The position numbers were made by a program, and so were the translations under genes. A DNA stretch of 64,000 nucleotides from Diplonema japonicum (lineage: Eukaryota; Protista; Euglenozoa: Diplonemea), in contig OZ025708.1 of assembly GCA_964019335.1 (NCBI GenBank), forward strand, positions 372,001 through 436,000, written 5' to 3'. Positions 47,766 through 58,749 of this stretch are shown here, piece by piece (within the stretch, counting starts at the first letter, position 1; each line of letters starts with the position of its first letter). The notes below the pieces were generated by a model. The model ran no database searches. It had not been told where the DNA came from and was given only the letters and a program-made list of their open reading frames with translations.

Positions 47766-48701
47766 ATGCCGAGCATGCAGCTTGGTATGTTCGAAAGAAC
47801 GCACCCCTTGATTGAAGACAAAGGTGTTGATGCCTTATTGGCAGCACACGCGCTTGTGTGCGGTGTGGGAGGGGTGGGAGGCTTCGCTGCAGAAGCATTA
47901 GCCAGGGGCGGGGTGGGCAAGCTCACTCTTGTAGACCACGATGTGGTGACGGTGTCGAACAAGAACAGGCAGATCATCGCCTTAGACAGCACAGTCGGCA
48001 AGAGCAAAGTGCAACTGTTAGCCGGAAGAATAAAGGACATAAATTCACAGTGCGAAGTAGTCATCATAGACACCTTCCTCTTAGAATGTGACATACCTGA
48101 CCTTCTTGACGAAGGCCCCTACGACTATGTAGTGGACGCCATCGACACAGTCAGCACCAAAATCAAACTCCTGGAACTAAGTTGTAAAAGGGGGTTCAAG
48201 ACCCTGTCCAGTATGGGGGCGGGGGGCAAGCTGGACCCCACCAAGATCCACCTAGCGGACCTGTTCAACACCGAACACTGTGGTCTCGCGTCAAAATGCC
48301 GATCCGAGCTTAAAAAGAAAGGCATCAAACCCAACCAGATCCTCACCTGCTTCTCCTCTGAGGTCTCTAAAAAGCCCCTCGCCCCGTGGCCCTCCCTCAC
48401 GGGCGGGCGGCCCCGGGCTGTCAACGGCACAATATCATACATACCATCAACATTCGGCCTTATGCTCGCTGGTGCTTTGATTTGCCACGCATCCACAGGG
48501 AAATGGCCGAAATCACCTCCCACCCCCTCCGTCGTCGCGAAGCAAAATGCGCAGAAAAAAAAAGCTCAGAAAGAAAAGGAACAGATCAAACGGGAGAAGG
48601 GAAAAGGCAAAGGGAAGGAAAAGGAGGCGGCGAAAGAGGAAAAGCTACCTGCGGGTGAGACAAAAGACACGGCTGATGTTGAAGGAGAGGAACACACATA
48701 G
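47766..48701 (+). CDS. tcdA: ThiF-family tRNA threonylcarbamoyladenosine dehydratase (TcdA/CsdL-like)
   Basis: GVGGVGG.AAEALARGG, SNKNRQ, YVVDAID, MGAGGKLDPT and GTISYIPSTFGL. Confidence 0.88.
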   Translation: MPSMQLGMFERTHPLIEDKGVDALLAAHALVCGVGGVGGFAAEALARGGVGKLTLVDHDVVTVSNKNRQIIALDSTVGKSKVQLLAGRIKDINSQCEVVIIDTFLLECDIPDLLDEGPYDYVVDAIDTVSTKIKLLELSCKRGFKTLSSMGAGGKLDPTKIHLADLFNTEHCGLASKCRSELKKKGIKPNQILTCFSSEVSKKPLAPWPSLTGGRPRAVNGTISYIPSTFGLMLAGALICHASTGKWPKSPPTPSVVAKQNAQKKKAQKEKEQIKREKGKGKGKEKEAAKEEKLPAGETKDTADVEGEEHT

Positions 48702-48804
48702 GGGGAGGGTTTTTTTTTTTTTTTGTTGAGGCATATTATTTAAGAAAGTAAAGTGGAAAAAAAAAAAAACATTCCCCAAAGCAACCCCCCCACAGGCCAC
48801 ATCC

Positions 48805-51800
48805 ATGAAACAAGCACTTGAGGATGTCCTCGAGCCTACTGTAGTTGCTGGGAGCAGGCGGTATCATTTGAAGCACGACGAAGACAAGGACTGGTACCTG
48901 TACGTGCTGGAGGGAGGGGAGGGAGACGAGAGCACAACGTTTCGCGTGAAGCAGTGGAAGGGGGGCAAGGACGAACCGCCGTATTTCTTCATTAGAGTTT
49001 CTGACAAAAGAAAAGTGTGGCTGCTACCAGAGGACGATCTCCCAGAGGAACCTGCCGCACCGGGTACACCAGTGATCTCAAAGACAATGAGCAATTCTAG
49101 CTTGCTGCCTGAAGCTGAAGCCCCGAAAACGCCCTCTTCTGTAGGGGGGCCTACAGCGCTCCCCTTTACACCCGTTCCACAGCCAATTGCACCCGTGTCA
49201 TGTCTTGCTGTTGCTCAGGATGTTGTTGCGTCCTTCACGAAACACTGCCAGCAGCTGCGCCTCCCTGTCATCGATCTCCCCGATGAGCAGGCCTTCCTCA
49301 AACCCTACCTGCGCATGTACGACACCATTGCCTGTGACACGGAGCCCCCTCACGACAGGATGCTCGCGAGGGACAAGCTTTTAGCGAATATGCGACACAT
49401 CTACAAATCCTTCACAGGCATCAACAACAAGGTGCTCGGCAGCCAGAGCAAAGTGCTTGCCACGCAAAAGAGACAAGTCGCTCTGAACGAGCACACCATC
49501 AAGACCCTCGAGGACAAGGAGCACGCCTACCTCCGCCGCCAAGAGGAGCTCCTTTCTTTATACAACAAGAGACTCGAAGATTTGGGAAGATCGACTGCAT
49601 TTGAGGCCACCTCCTACGTGCACCTGGAGCGCGAGGTTGACGAGCTGAAGGCGCACTACGAGCTACAGCTGGAAGGGTACAAGCAAGCGGAGATGGTGAT
49701 CCAAGAAGAGTACATCAACGAGTTCAGTGATCTGAACGACAGGCGGAAGGTGCTGAGGGAGAAGGAAGATGAGATAGCGGAGAAGACACTAACACTCCAG
49801 GAAGCTGCTGAGAGGGAGATTGAAGTGACGCGAAGCAGCATCGAACAAGACATCATGCCCGTGCTGGACAGGGTACATCAGGAGCAGGTACCGCTGCCCC
49901 TTGAGGTACTCGCGACTGACCTTACTCACAAGCAGCAAGAATTCAAGAAGCGCACCGCAGAGTCGCTTGACATCCAAAACAAGCAGCTGCAGCGGCGCTT
50001 CGATCTCCTGACGATGACGCCCAGCTCCGTGCAGAGCAAGCACCCTGCAATGGCTGCTGAGAAGGTCACCAGTGGCATCAACGATTTCTTGCAAACAGAG
50101 GGCACCTCAGTAGGCCTCAAGTCCAAGCACGACCAGCTCAATATAGCAGACGCAAAACTTCAGGAGGCGCAAAGCAATTATGACAAACAGGTGGCGCGAC
50201 TGCAAGAAGAAGGCACCATGAAGCTGAAGCAGCAGGCCACTGACTACATAAAGAGTGCCAGCGACGTTTTCAACAGGAGCGTGGCTGACCTGGTGGAACG
50301 TGCCAAGCAGGAGCGGACTCCAGCTGCCCGCCGTTCGATCAGCGTGAGTGCGTCACCAGTGCAAGCTGTGCCGATGCCTGAGCTTGCACAACCTGTGCAG
50401 CGTCAACCACAGACTCCTGTTGATATCCTTAGCGTTGCCAAAAGGAACGAGTCTGTTGGCTTGAATGCATCACCTGCTGTGTCGCAGCCAGTGTACCAAA
50501 CCATGATGCCCAAGGATGTGCGCACTCCTAGCGTCCGTTCTGCAAGCGTCGGCCTGTCGCCCGTCCAACCTGTGCTCACGCCGCAGCTGGTGCAGCCTGT
50601 GTTCCGAACGAATGAAGAGAGTGGCCAACGACATGACAAGCTCCACCAGAGGCCTGAAGTGCCGCATCCCAAGGCTGTTCCCAAAGAGCGCTGTTTTGCG
50701 TCCCCGCTCCCCCCCGACGCCCCCACCTCGCCGCTGATGCCTCATCCTGTCGAACTGAGCGAGGACCTCATCTCACCTCCCAGAAGACGCGAGGCGATCC
50801 AGCAGGAGTCGCCCGTCACAACCCCACCTCGTCCGCTGGATACTGAAAACCGGAGCGCAGTGCCCACACCTGTACTGGTGCAGGCTGTGTCGATTGTGCA
50901 GACAGACGACACGTACCCACCTGCTGCTGTGACCCCTACTGCTGTTCACCGGAGCATTGACACTGCCGTATCACCCGCTAAGGACGCACTGTGGCGGGAA
51001 GCTGTCATGCGCGAGGTTGCGGAACGTGAAGCGGCAGTCGCAGAGCGCGAAGCAGCGGTGAGTGCAGAGAGGCAAGCAGTGCGTGAAAAAGAGCTGATTC
51101 TTCACAAATTGGCACTGGAACTAGACGAGAAGCGGCGGGTGCTCGAAGACTCGAAGGGAAACGCTGCGAGGGCCCTTGATGACAAGGACGAAAGCCTCAA
51201 GATGGTGCTGAAGGACGTCATGACTTACAAGGAACGGGAGCTGGAGATGCAACGGCTACTAAGAGAGTTCAGGGACAAGTGCGAGGAGTACGAGGTGACC
51301 ACGAACGAGCTGAACAACGAGCTGGAGATGCTAGAAGGGAGGTACAGACACGTGGTATTAGAGAGGGACAGCGCCAGCAACGAGGCACGGAAGCTGCTGA
51401 GCATCAACAAGGACCTCAACGCAGACATGGAGACAGGGCAGCAGCTCACAGCAAAAGAGATGAGACAGAACAGAGAGATGGTTGCAACTAAGCTACAAAC
51501 ACTTCAGAAGGAAGGCGAAAACACCGAAAATAGGTACAAGGGGGAGGTACAAGCACTGAAAGCCGAGCTGAAAACAGCGAAAGACAAGGCCAAGGAGCTC
51601 GAACTGGAGGTGGTAAGAGCTAAGAACAAAGTAAGAGACACAGAAGGAGTGGCCGACAGGAGAAAACACGCAGCAGACCTTCTTCAAAGGGAACTAGACT
51701 CGACGAAGGATCACCACAGGAACGAGAAGGAGCGCCTTATTGAAGACTACAAAACACACATCAGAAGCATCAGTGGTGACGAGAAGGCACAGCAGCAGAC

Positions 51801-52290
51801 AAGACATGATGTGGGCGCCTTAACACGAGAAAACACAGCACTGAAAGCTCAAATAGCAGAATTAATGAATAATCAGACACAGAAGGGCAATGCTAAGGAC
51901 AATGTGATAGAAAGACTGCAGCAGGAGCGAGACAGGCTAGGAGGCGTGTGTGAAGTGTTGAAGCAGGAGATCGAAGCGATGCGGATGCACCACATGCAAC
52001 AAGAGGGCAGGATCCTCCTTGAGTTCGACAGGCTGAAGAACAGAACCCCCGTAGCCACCCCGCCTGCGTACAAGCGTGACCAGTCCCCCACACCCACTCC
52101 CACACCCACTCCACTCTCTACCCCGTACCACTCTAAACCACCCTATAGAAGGTCGCTCAGCGCAGATCCCTCGGCTGCACAACTACCCATCCCACCTCCT
52201 CAGTATGCCGCACTGACAACAAGCCCCGTGGGGTTCACGGAGTCTCTGTCAAGGCGTAGCAATAGTAGGTCGCCAAGTATAAGATTGTAA
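48805..52290 (+). CDS. large coiled-coil protein with Pro-rich linkers (unknown function)
   Basis: 1161-aa ORF with two long E/K/R/Q heptad regions; possible WW-like N-terminus. Confidence 0.75.
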   Translation: MKQALEDVLEPTVVAGSRRYHLKHDEDKDWYLYVLEGGEGDESTTFRVKQWKGGKDEPPYFFIRVSDKRKVWLLPEDDLPEEPAAPGTPVISKTMSNSSLLPEAEAPKTPSSVGGPTALPFTPVPQPIAPVSCLAVAQDVVASFTKHCQQLRLPVIDLPDEQAFLKPYLRMYDTIACDTEPPHDRMLARDKLLANMRHIYKSFTGINNKVLGSQSKVLATQKRQVALNEHTIKTLEDKEHAYLRRQEELLSLYNKRLEDLGRSTAFEATSYVHLEREVDELKAHYELQLEGYKQAEMVIQEEYINEFSDLNDRRKVLREKEDEIAEKTLTLQEAAEREIEVTRSSIEQDIMPVLDRVHQEQVPLPLEVLATDLTHKQQEFKKRTAESLDIQNKQLQRRFDLLTMTPSSVQSKHPAMAAEKVTSGINDFLQTEGTSVGLKSKHDQLNIADAKLQEAQSNYDKQVARLQEEGTMKLKQQATDYIKSASDVFNRSVADLVERAKQERTPAARRSISVSASPVQAVPMPELAQPVQRQPQTPVDILSVAKRNESVGLNASPAVSQPVYQTMMPKDVRTPSVRSASVGLSPVQPVLTPQLVQPVFRTNEESGQRHDKLHQRPEVPHPKAVPKERCFASPLPPDAPTSPLMPHPVELSEDLISPPRRREAIQQESPVTTPPRPLDTENRSAVPTPVLVQAVSIVQTDDTYPPAAVTPTAVHRSIDTAVSPAKDALWREAVMREVAEREAAVAEREAAVSAERQAVREKELILHKLALELDEKRRVLEDSKGNAARALDDKDESLKMVLKDVMTYKERELEMQRLLREFRDKCEEYEVTTNELNNELEMLEGRYRHVVLERDSASNEARKLLSINKDLNADMETGQQLTAKEMRQNREMVATKLQTLQKEGENTENRYKGEVQALKAELKTAKDKAKELELEVVRAKNKVRDTEGVADRRKHAADLLQRELDSTKDHHRNEKERLIEDYKTHIRSISGDEKAQQQTRHDVGALTRENTALKAQIAELMNNQTQKGNAKDNVIERLQQERDRLGGVCEVLKQEIEAMRMHHMQQEGRILLEFDRLKNRTPVATPPAYKRDQSPTPTPTPTPLSTPYHSKPPYRRSLSADPSAAQLPIPPPQYAALTTSPVGFTESLSRRSNSRSPSIRL

Positions 52291-52479
52291 CCTTTTGTTG
52301 TTGTTGTTTTTTTTTTTTTTTTTTCCCTCTTTTTTTTTTTCTCTTGTACTGTATGATATACATTTTTTTTTTGTGTAGTTTTTTTTTTTTTTTCCACTCT
52401 GTTTTATTCCCCCCCCCCTCCTGCGTGCGTTAAAAAAAATAAAAAATAATAATAAAACCACCCGCTCAGATCACAAGCA

Positions 52480-52971
52480 ATGGACATGGATGGTGATGAT
52501 GTGTTGGACAAGGAGATCGAGGAGATGAGGGCGAAGGTATCGGCTATGGAGAACCAGCTGTCTGAGCAACGGACGGAGGTAGCACAGGAGCAGACAGAAC
52601 GGGCAGACGAGGAGGTCAACTCTGTTTACATCGGACAGGTGGAGTACACTGCCACCCCACAGGAGCTGCACGAACATTTCGCAACTTGTGGACCTGTGAA
52701 GCGTGTGACAATTTTGTGCAACCGCCACACAGGCCATCCTAAGGGCTTTGCCTACATGGAATTCGAGGAGGAGGAGTCGGTGCTGAAGGCAGTGGAACTT
52801 AACGGGAGCGAGTTCAAAGGGCGGCAGTTGAAGGTATGGACAATAGGGAAGGAGGTAATACACAATTCACTTTATAGGTCACCCCCAAGCGTGTCAACCA
52901 GCCCGGGAAAGGCGCAGGCAAAAAAGGTTTCAAAGGAAAGGGCGCGTTCAAAGGACTAAAGGTTTGTTTGG

Positions 52972-53007
<36 letters not shown>

Positions 53008-53117
53008 AGGGAATGATGATGGGTGACTACAGTGGATGGTACTCACCGTACTCCATGGGGAAGGGAATGGGTAAGGGAAAGGGGAAGGGTGCTAAAGGCA
53101 AGGGCTTCGGCTTTTGA
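52480..53117 (+). CDS. PABPN1: nuclear poly(A)-binding protein (PABPN1/Pab2-like, single RRM)
   Basis: Coiled coil + SVYIGQV..RVTILCN..GHPKGFAYMEF. Introns 52834-52877 and 52962-53009 give LK|VTPKRVNQPG and a WYSPY motif. Confidence 0.88.
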
Positions 53118-53234
53118 TGATTTAAAAAAAAAATACATTATTGTGTGCCCCCCCCCCCCCCCCTTTAGTGTGACGGTACGCTCTTTGTCTCGCGTCGCAG
53201 CCTCCTTATTTTATTTCCCAACCCTTACCACAAG

Positions 53235-53265
<31 letters not shown>

Positions 53266-53434
53266 CGAGTAGAATAGTGGGAAGAAAAGAAAAGAAAAAA
53301 AAAAAAAAAAAGTGTGATTTTTTTTTTCTTCCCGCTCCCCAAGAAAAAAAAAAAAAAAAAAGAGAAAGAAAGAGGGGGGAGAGGAAACCCGTTGGCAGCC
53401 GTGTATCTTGATTATTCTGGGAGTTCTAAACTCC

Positions 53435-53467
<33 letters not shown>

Positions 53468-53975
53468 GTTTTTTAACCAAGCACGCCACAAACAGCAACA
53501 GCCAATTTTTCCTCATTTTTTGAAAGTTTTTACCCCCCCCCCCCACCCCCTCCTCCCTGCTCTGTAGTGTGTTAGCATCATTGGCTTCGTTCTTTTTTCT
53601 TTTCCAGTGCCAAAAAAAAGTAAGAATGGGGAGGGGGGGGTGTGGAGCACAAAGGAGAGATCCTTTTAGAAAAAAAAAAAGAAAAAAAAAACAAAATAAA
53701 AATAAAAACTAAAGGAGTATATTGTTTGAAAGGATGTAAGGGATAAAAAGGGGAGGAAAAAACAATTACGAGTGCAGAAGAAAAAAAAAAAAGAATAAAA
53801 AGAGGGGGGAAAATAATTACTTAAAAACCTATTCGCTTGCCCACCCTTCTCCTTTTCTTTTTTTTTTCCCCCCCCAAGCCCATCCCGGCTATTCCTTAAT
53901 CCCTGAGTTTTGTCATCCTACCCAATCTCCCACCCCCTCTTTCTTTCCCTCCCTTGAGGGAAAAAAAAAAAAAAG

Positions 53976-54008
<33 letters not shown>

Positions 54009-54083
54009 AAAATAAGAAATAAAAATAAAAAGGGGGTCAAAGAAAAAGTTTTTTTTTTTGAGTATCCAAAACTTTTTTTTTAA

Positions 54084-55500
54084 CCCATAACACTCCGGGG
54101 CCTATCTACATAGGGGTCCCTTTTTTGCTCCTTTTCATAATTTGAGGGGGAAAATGGCAGCATTCAACCCCCGTTTGCAGGTAAAACGGGTTTTTTGGAC
54201 CAGGAAAATTAAAAAAAAAGTTCAAAAATTAATAAAAATACAAAGGGGATGAAGAGTTGAATGGCCGTAGGGTGCTCAAAAACGACCATGTCAAAATGGG
54301 TTGTGCACGGGGGGGTGTAAATTGAGCATCCTGGGACAAAAAAGGCAGCATCAGGACCCCTCAGATGTCTCAGACCGAGAGAAGTGCCTATTTGCGGGTG
54401 GAATATCGGCCTCGAAATCGTCAAGAGGCCTTTTTGGGGTGATGGAAGAGTGGTAGTTCTTTCACAGGGCTTCGGCCAGACCCACAGTCAAAAAGTAGCT
54501 ATCGCAAACTACCGTGTTGTCATTTCCCCGGAAAGGCTTTGTAACCCCAGCCCTGCTTTTTCCACAACACTGAAATCTTCAAGTGCGTACCCCTCGATTT
54601 TGGTGGCGTGGAGTGAAAACGCAAAAGATAACCCGTGCTCGCGCAGTTTAGGCAGTAGATTTTTATGCCATATCTTTTACGCTTGAAAGGACAGTAGACC
54701 CGCAGCCCCCAATTGCCCCGTGAAGGTACGAGTGTCTCGTCAATGCTTAATTATTTTCCTGGCACTGCTGCTTTTGCCCACTTGTCACCAATTCTGTCGG
54801 AAACCCTCGTATCTTCACAACACATCACCGTTTGACTCTTCTGTGTGAGTGAAGTGGAGGCTACTTTTGATTTCCCAGTAGCGTCTCCTGGGCATCGTGT
54901 TCCTGAAAAGGGGGATTTTCATGGGTCCTGTGGACCAATACGACTGCTGATTCTGGGCACGCCGTAAACCCATCGCAATGCTCAATCCGAGTAAGCGGTG
55001 GAGTCCTGGGTCGAAATTTTATCAATCTCAGCGTCCTTTTGCTTGTTTGTCTCTTCTTGGATGACGTCTGTTAACTTCTTATAAAAAAACCGAAGGAATA
55101 ACCATTTTGCGTCGTCAGGTTTCTGCGTACCACGGGACAGCTTTTTTTCTCCCCACTGGCCTATTTTATGGTCTCTATGGGTACCAACTCCCTTACCCAT
55201 GAAGGTTGGACCTCGTCCGTAGCTGTTTTGGCTTTACCTTTGCGTTTTTTGGGAACAATTTGGGCACAGTATGCACACCCGTTATTTTGCTTTTTAGCCT
55301 ATCTACTCGGATTTGGGACCCACTTGGTGGGTGGATAACAAGGTAAAGTGATGCAGCGCAGCATGAATTGCAGTTGAAAATAACTCCTCACTATAGTCGT
55401 TCTTGGAGATCCAGGGGGTCGTGGGGACGAAAAAGTACTTAGAGAAAAAAAAAACGATTTTTTCAAAACGACAAATATTTGCGCCTTGGAGTGTTATGGG
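54084..55500 (-). mobile_element. piggyBac-superfamily DNA transposon, internally deleted (1,417 bp)
   Basis: TTAA at 54080-54083 and 55501-55504. Perfect 13-bp TIRs CCCATAACACTCC (54084-54096) and GGAGTGTTATGGG (55488-55500). Transposase remnants on the minus strand. Confidence 0.93.
54462..55200 (-). pseudogene. piggyBac transposase pseudogene (stops, frameshifts, C-terminal part missing)
   Basis: Across frames: FLRFFY..L..VIQEETN; LLGLSIAMG; SYWST..PLFRNTMPRRRYWEIKSSLHF; LSIDETLVP (D1, ~54740); RVYCPFKRKRYGIKIYCL..STGYL; TVVCDSYF (D2, ~54502). Confidence 0.9.
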
Positions 55501-55572
55501 TTAAAAAAAATTAAAAAAAAAAAACACCCCCCTCAGTACATTTTTTTTTTTCAAATAATAAATGAAACAAAA

Positions 55573-58500
55573 ATGACTAGAAAAAAAAAGCAGCAAATGA
55601 CACAAGAACCGAAACAGGACACCAACCACCAACCGATCAACGGTCCAACAACGTCTTCCTACGGAACCACCACGAAAACGCGCACAAAACCAAGCCCCAA
55701 CTGGTTCCCAAACTTACTACTACTCGCTCTAACAGTCACAGTGGTAAGAGGCGTCATTACACACATATGGCCAGGCGTAGACCTCGGTTTAGATGTAACA
55801 AGAATTATTTTCAACACGATAGATGAGATTTATGTATCGGCAGGGCTAGCATGCACACTTGCTGTAACTCTGTACATCAGACGGAAAAAGAGTAGAAATA
55901 AAAAAGACAAAACAACCCACTCCCCAGAGTACACCGCGCACAGAAAGGTTCCGAATCCCATCATGAATCTGACTCCCATCCCTACCGACAAAGAACCTTT
56001 TCAACGCGTAGTAGATGATGAATGGTTTGAAATTGCCAATGCCCGGCAAGACAGAGGCCATTCGTTAAACGACAAGCTACGAGGAATGTGCTTTTCAGGC
56101 GGTGGTATACGAGCAGCGTCATACATGGCGGGTGCAATGGAGATTTTAGAACAGACCAGGCTCCTTCCTCTTTGCGACTATCTTTCCACCGTATCGGGAG
56201 GAGGCTATACTGGGTCTGCGTTCATGACTCGTGATAAAGAAGCTAGCAACACAGTTAGCAGGCTAGTCCGTAGGATGACAGTGAACAGTGATTATCTGGG
56301 GGTTTCCTCCAACGAGGCAAACACCATCGCCACGATGGACTTCGCGTTGTCGGTCACGGCGGCCCTCGCCAACAATTGTATCAGCGTGCTCGCGTACTCT
56401 ATTGTTCTCGCCGAGTACACGAACTTCCTGCTGCTCTGGCGCGGTGTCAAGCAACCCGACATCACCGCCTTCCTCGTCGGCGATGAAATCAACAACCTAA
56501 AGGGCGTTTTTATCAAATGGTTCGGAATGGTGATCCTTGGTGTGTCCATAATCTGGATCATTGTCTTCGGTCTCTACTCCGCCACTGCTTCCAAAAAAGG
56601 TTCCGTCCCTGTGAACTTCACGACCCGTGCTACGAGTAAAACAAAGCGAATGACGAGGATGAAGGCAAGGACTGCACCGGACCACCTTGGGCTGCATAGA
56701 TGCGAAAGCTCAATTATCGATTTTGAGCCAGAATCGACCTCATTCCCGCCACGTGCAGCCACCATGTCGCAGTCCCTGATGGAGTGCGATGAAGACACTG
56801 TCTCGGATGACGACAAAGACGATCATGACAAGGACGCTCACGACCCACGCGAGAGACGCCTGCAAGTCAACCATTTACTGTCATACTTGTGCAGGTGCCT
56901 GGTTGTGTTGGTGTGTGCCTTTGTATCGCTGATATGCCTCTTGTTCATCATGAAGTACCTCCTCTCGCTCCGGCAGAATGAGGAATCTAACAAGGTGCTT
57001 ATCTCTGTCGAGCTGGCTGCCATCATCCTTTTCGGCCTGGCACGTGGAGGGTCGCGGTCTGACACAATGGCCTCCGAAAGCACAAGAGTCGTTCTTCTTG
57101 TGCTGGTGGGGCTTGCGGGTGTGGTTGCCGTGCTGTTCATCGTAGGCAGGATCATGCTGTGGCGAATCTTAGGATGCAGCTTCACTGCGTGCGAACCCGA
57201 AACTTGCGACGTGCTGTACGGGGCGTGTGGGTGCCAGCCATCCCAGCACCTCCTGCTTGGGATATATGTATGTAACAAAGCAACCTCTCCCATTACACGT
57301 CTTTCAGATCTACGTGTTGGTTGTCGAAGTGTTCATCCGTGAGCCGCTCGGTCAAGCACTGCACGACATGTACCGCAGGAGGTTAGTTGGGTCTTTCTAC
57401 AAGGTATGAGGACGGAACAGCACGCACCTTTAAAAAAAAAAACAGAATGGAAGGGACAAGCCGTTTAAGGAGATCCCTCGTCGGCCTTACTTCATTTGCA
57501 ACGTTGCGCTGAACAACATGCAAGACCCGACGACGGGGTCGAGGACGACGCACCCGTTCTTCCTGTCGAAGAGGTACTGCGGCAGCCCGCTGACGGGGTA
57601 CAAAACCGCTGAATATCTGAACACGTACCTCAGCAAGGGGATGGCCATCAGCGGGGCTGCGCTGTCCACGCAGTTCGACACTTTCCTGACAGCGCCAATG
57701 AAGATGGCCATGATGCTGATGGGCATCGACCTTGGGGAGTGGTTCAGGTTCAGACGCGATTCCCCGATGCGGCACTACACCGTGCAGCTGGTGAGCTCGT
57801 TGCCGTACATTCTTCTGATCTTCGCGTCACAGTTGGTCACCTCTGACAACCAATCACTCTCGGAGCCGCAGATCTGGCTGTACGGAACCAGTCTCACTCT
57901 CTTTGTGACGCCTGTTATCCTGATGGTGCTGTGGGGGATGCTGTTGCAGGTGTTCAAGCTTAAACACTCAAACATCTTCCTGCACCTCCCGCTGTACAGG
58001 AAGATCTACCAGTTCTTTGGCTTCCTATCATGGAGGCACGACCCTTTCTTCTACCTAGCAGACGGAGGCTGGTTCGACTACTACGGGTTGTACGAGCTGC
58101 TGAGGAGGGGGAACGAGGAGATCTTTCTGTTCGATGCCGACGCCGACCACACGAACTACAAGGAGCTGCTGGAGTCTCTGTTCAAGGCCGAGTCGGATCT
58201 GGGGATAACAGTGGATCTCAGCACGGCAGGGGACGCGTTTACAGCAGCTATGCAAAACAGGAGAGGCGGGACAACGGCCAAGAGCGGACTCATCGACACA
58301 AACACCATCCACGTGAAGTTGTTTTACCCACCTGACGAGCACGGCTTCTCACGTGCCTGTGATTTGTGGATTGGAAAGCTCTCTCTCACAGGCGAAGAGC
58401 CACCTTGGCTGAAGCTGTATGCTCTCTCAGATGATGAATTCCCGCATCACTCTGTCAGCAACCAGGGCTTCGATAGCCGTACCTTCCGTGCCTACCGCGA

Positions 58501-58594
58501 GCTGGGCCGCTTTGTCGCTGATAAGATGATCCAAGCAAGGAACGCGTACATACAGTCAAGTGTAAGGAGGACAAATTTTCAGTTTCCAAGCTAA
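55573..58594 (+). CDS. patatin/cPLA2-like phospholipase with inserted multi-pass TM region
   Basis: CFSGGGIRAAS, DYLSTVSGGGYTG (nucleophile Ser), LHDMYRRRL, PYFICN and YLADGGWFD..GLYELLRR. Introns 57268-57307 and 57404-57445 join the ORFs. Start could be 55597. Confidence 0.85.
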
Positions 58595-58749
58595 CACCTC
58601 CTCCCCTAGAGATATGCCCTCCCCTTTCCCCCCCCCTTTTTTTTTCTTAGTTCTAAAACTGTACCCCTTTTTATTCTCGTTTCGATGGATAGATTGTATC
58701 TTCTTCCATCTTGTTCTCTGATTTTGTGAATGTCAACACCACAGGCATC

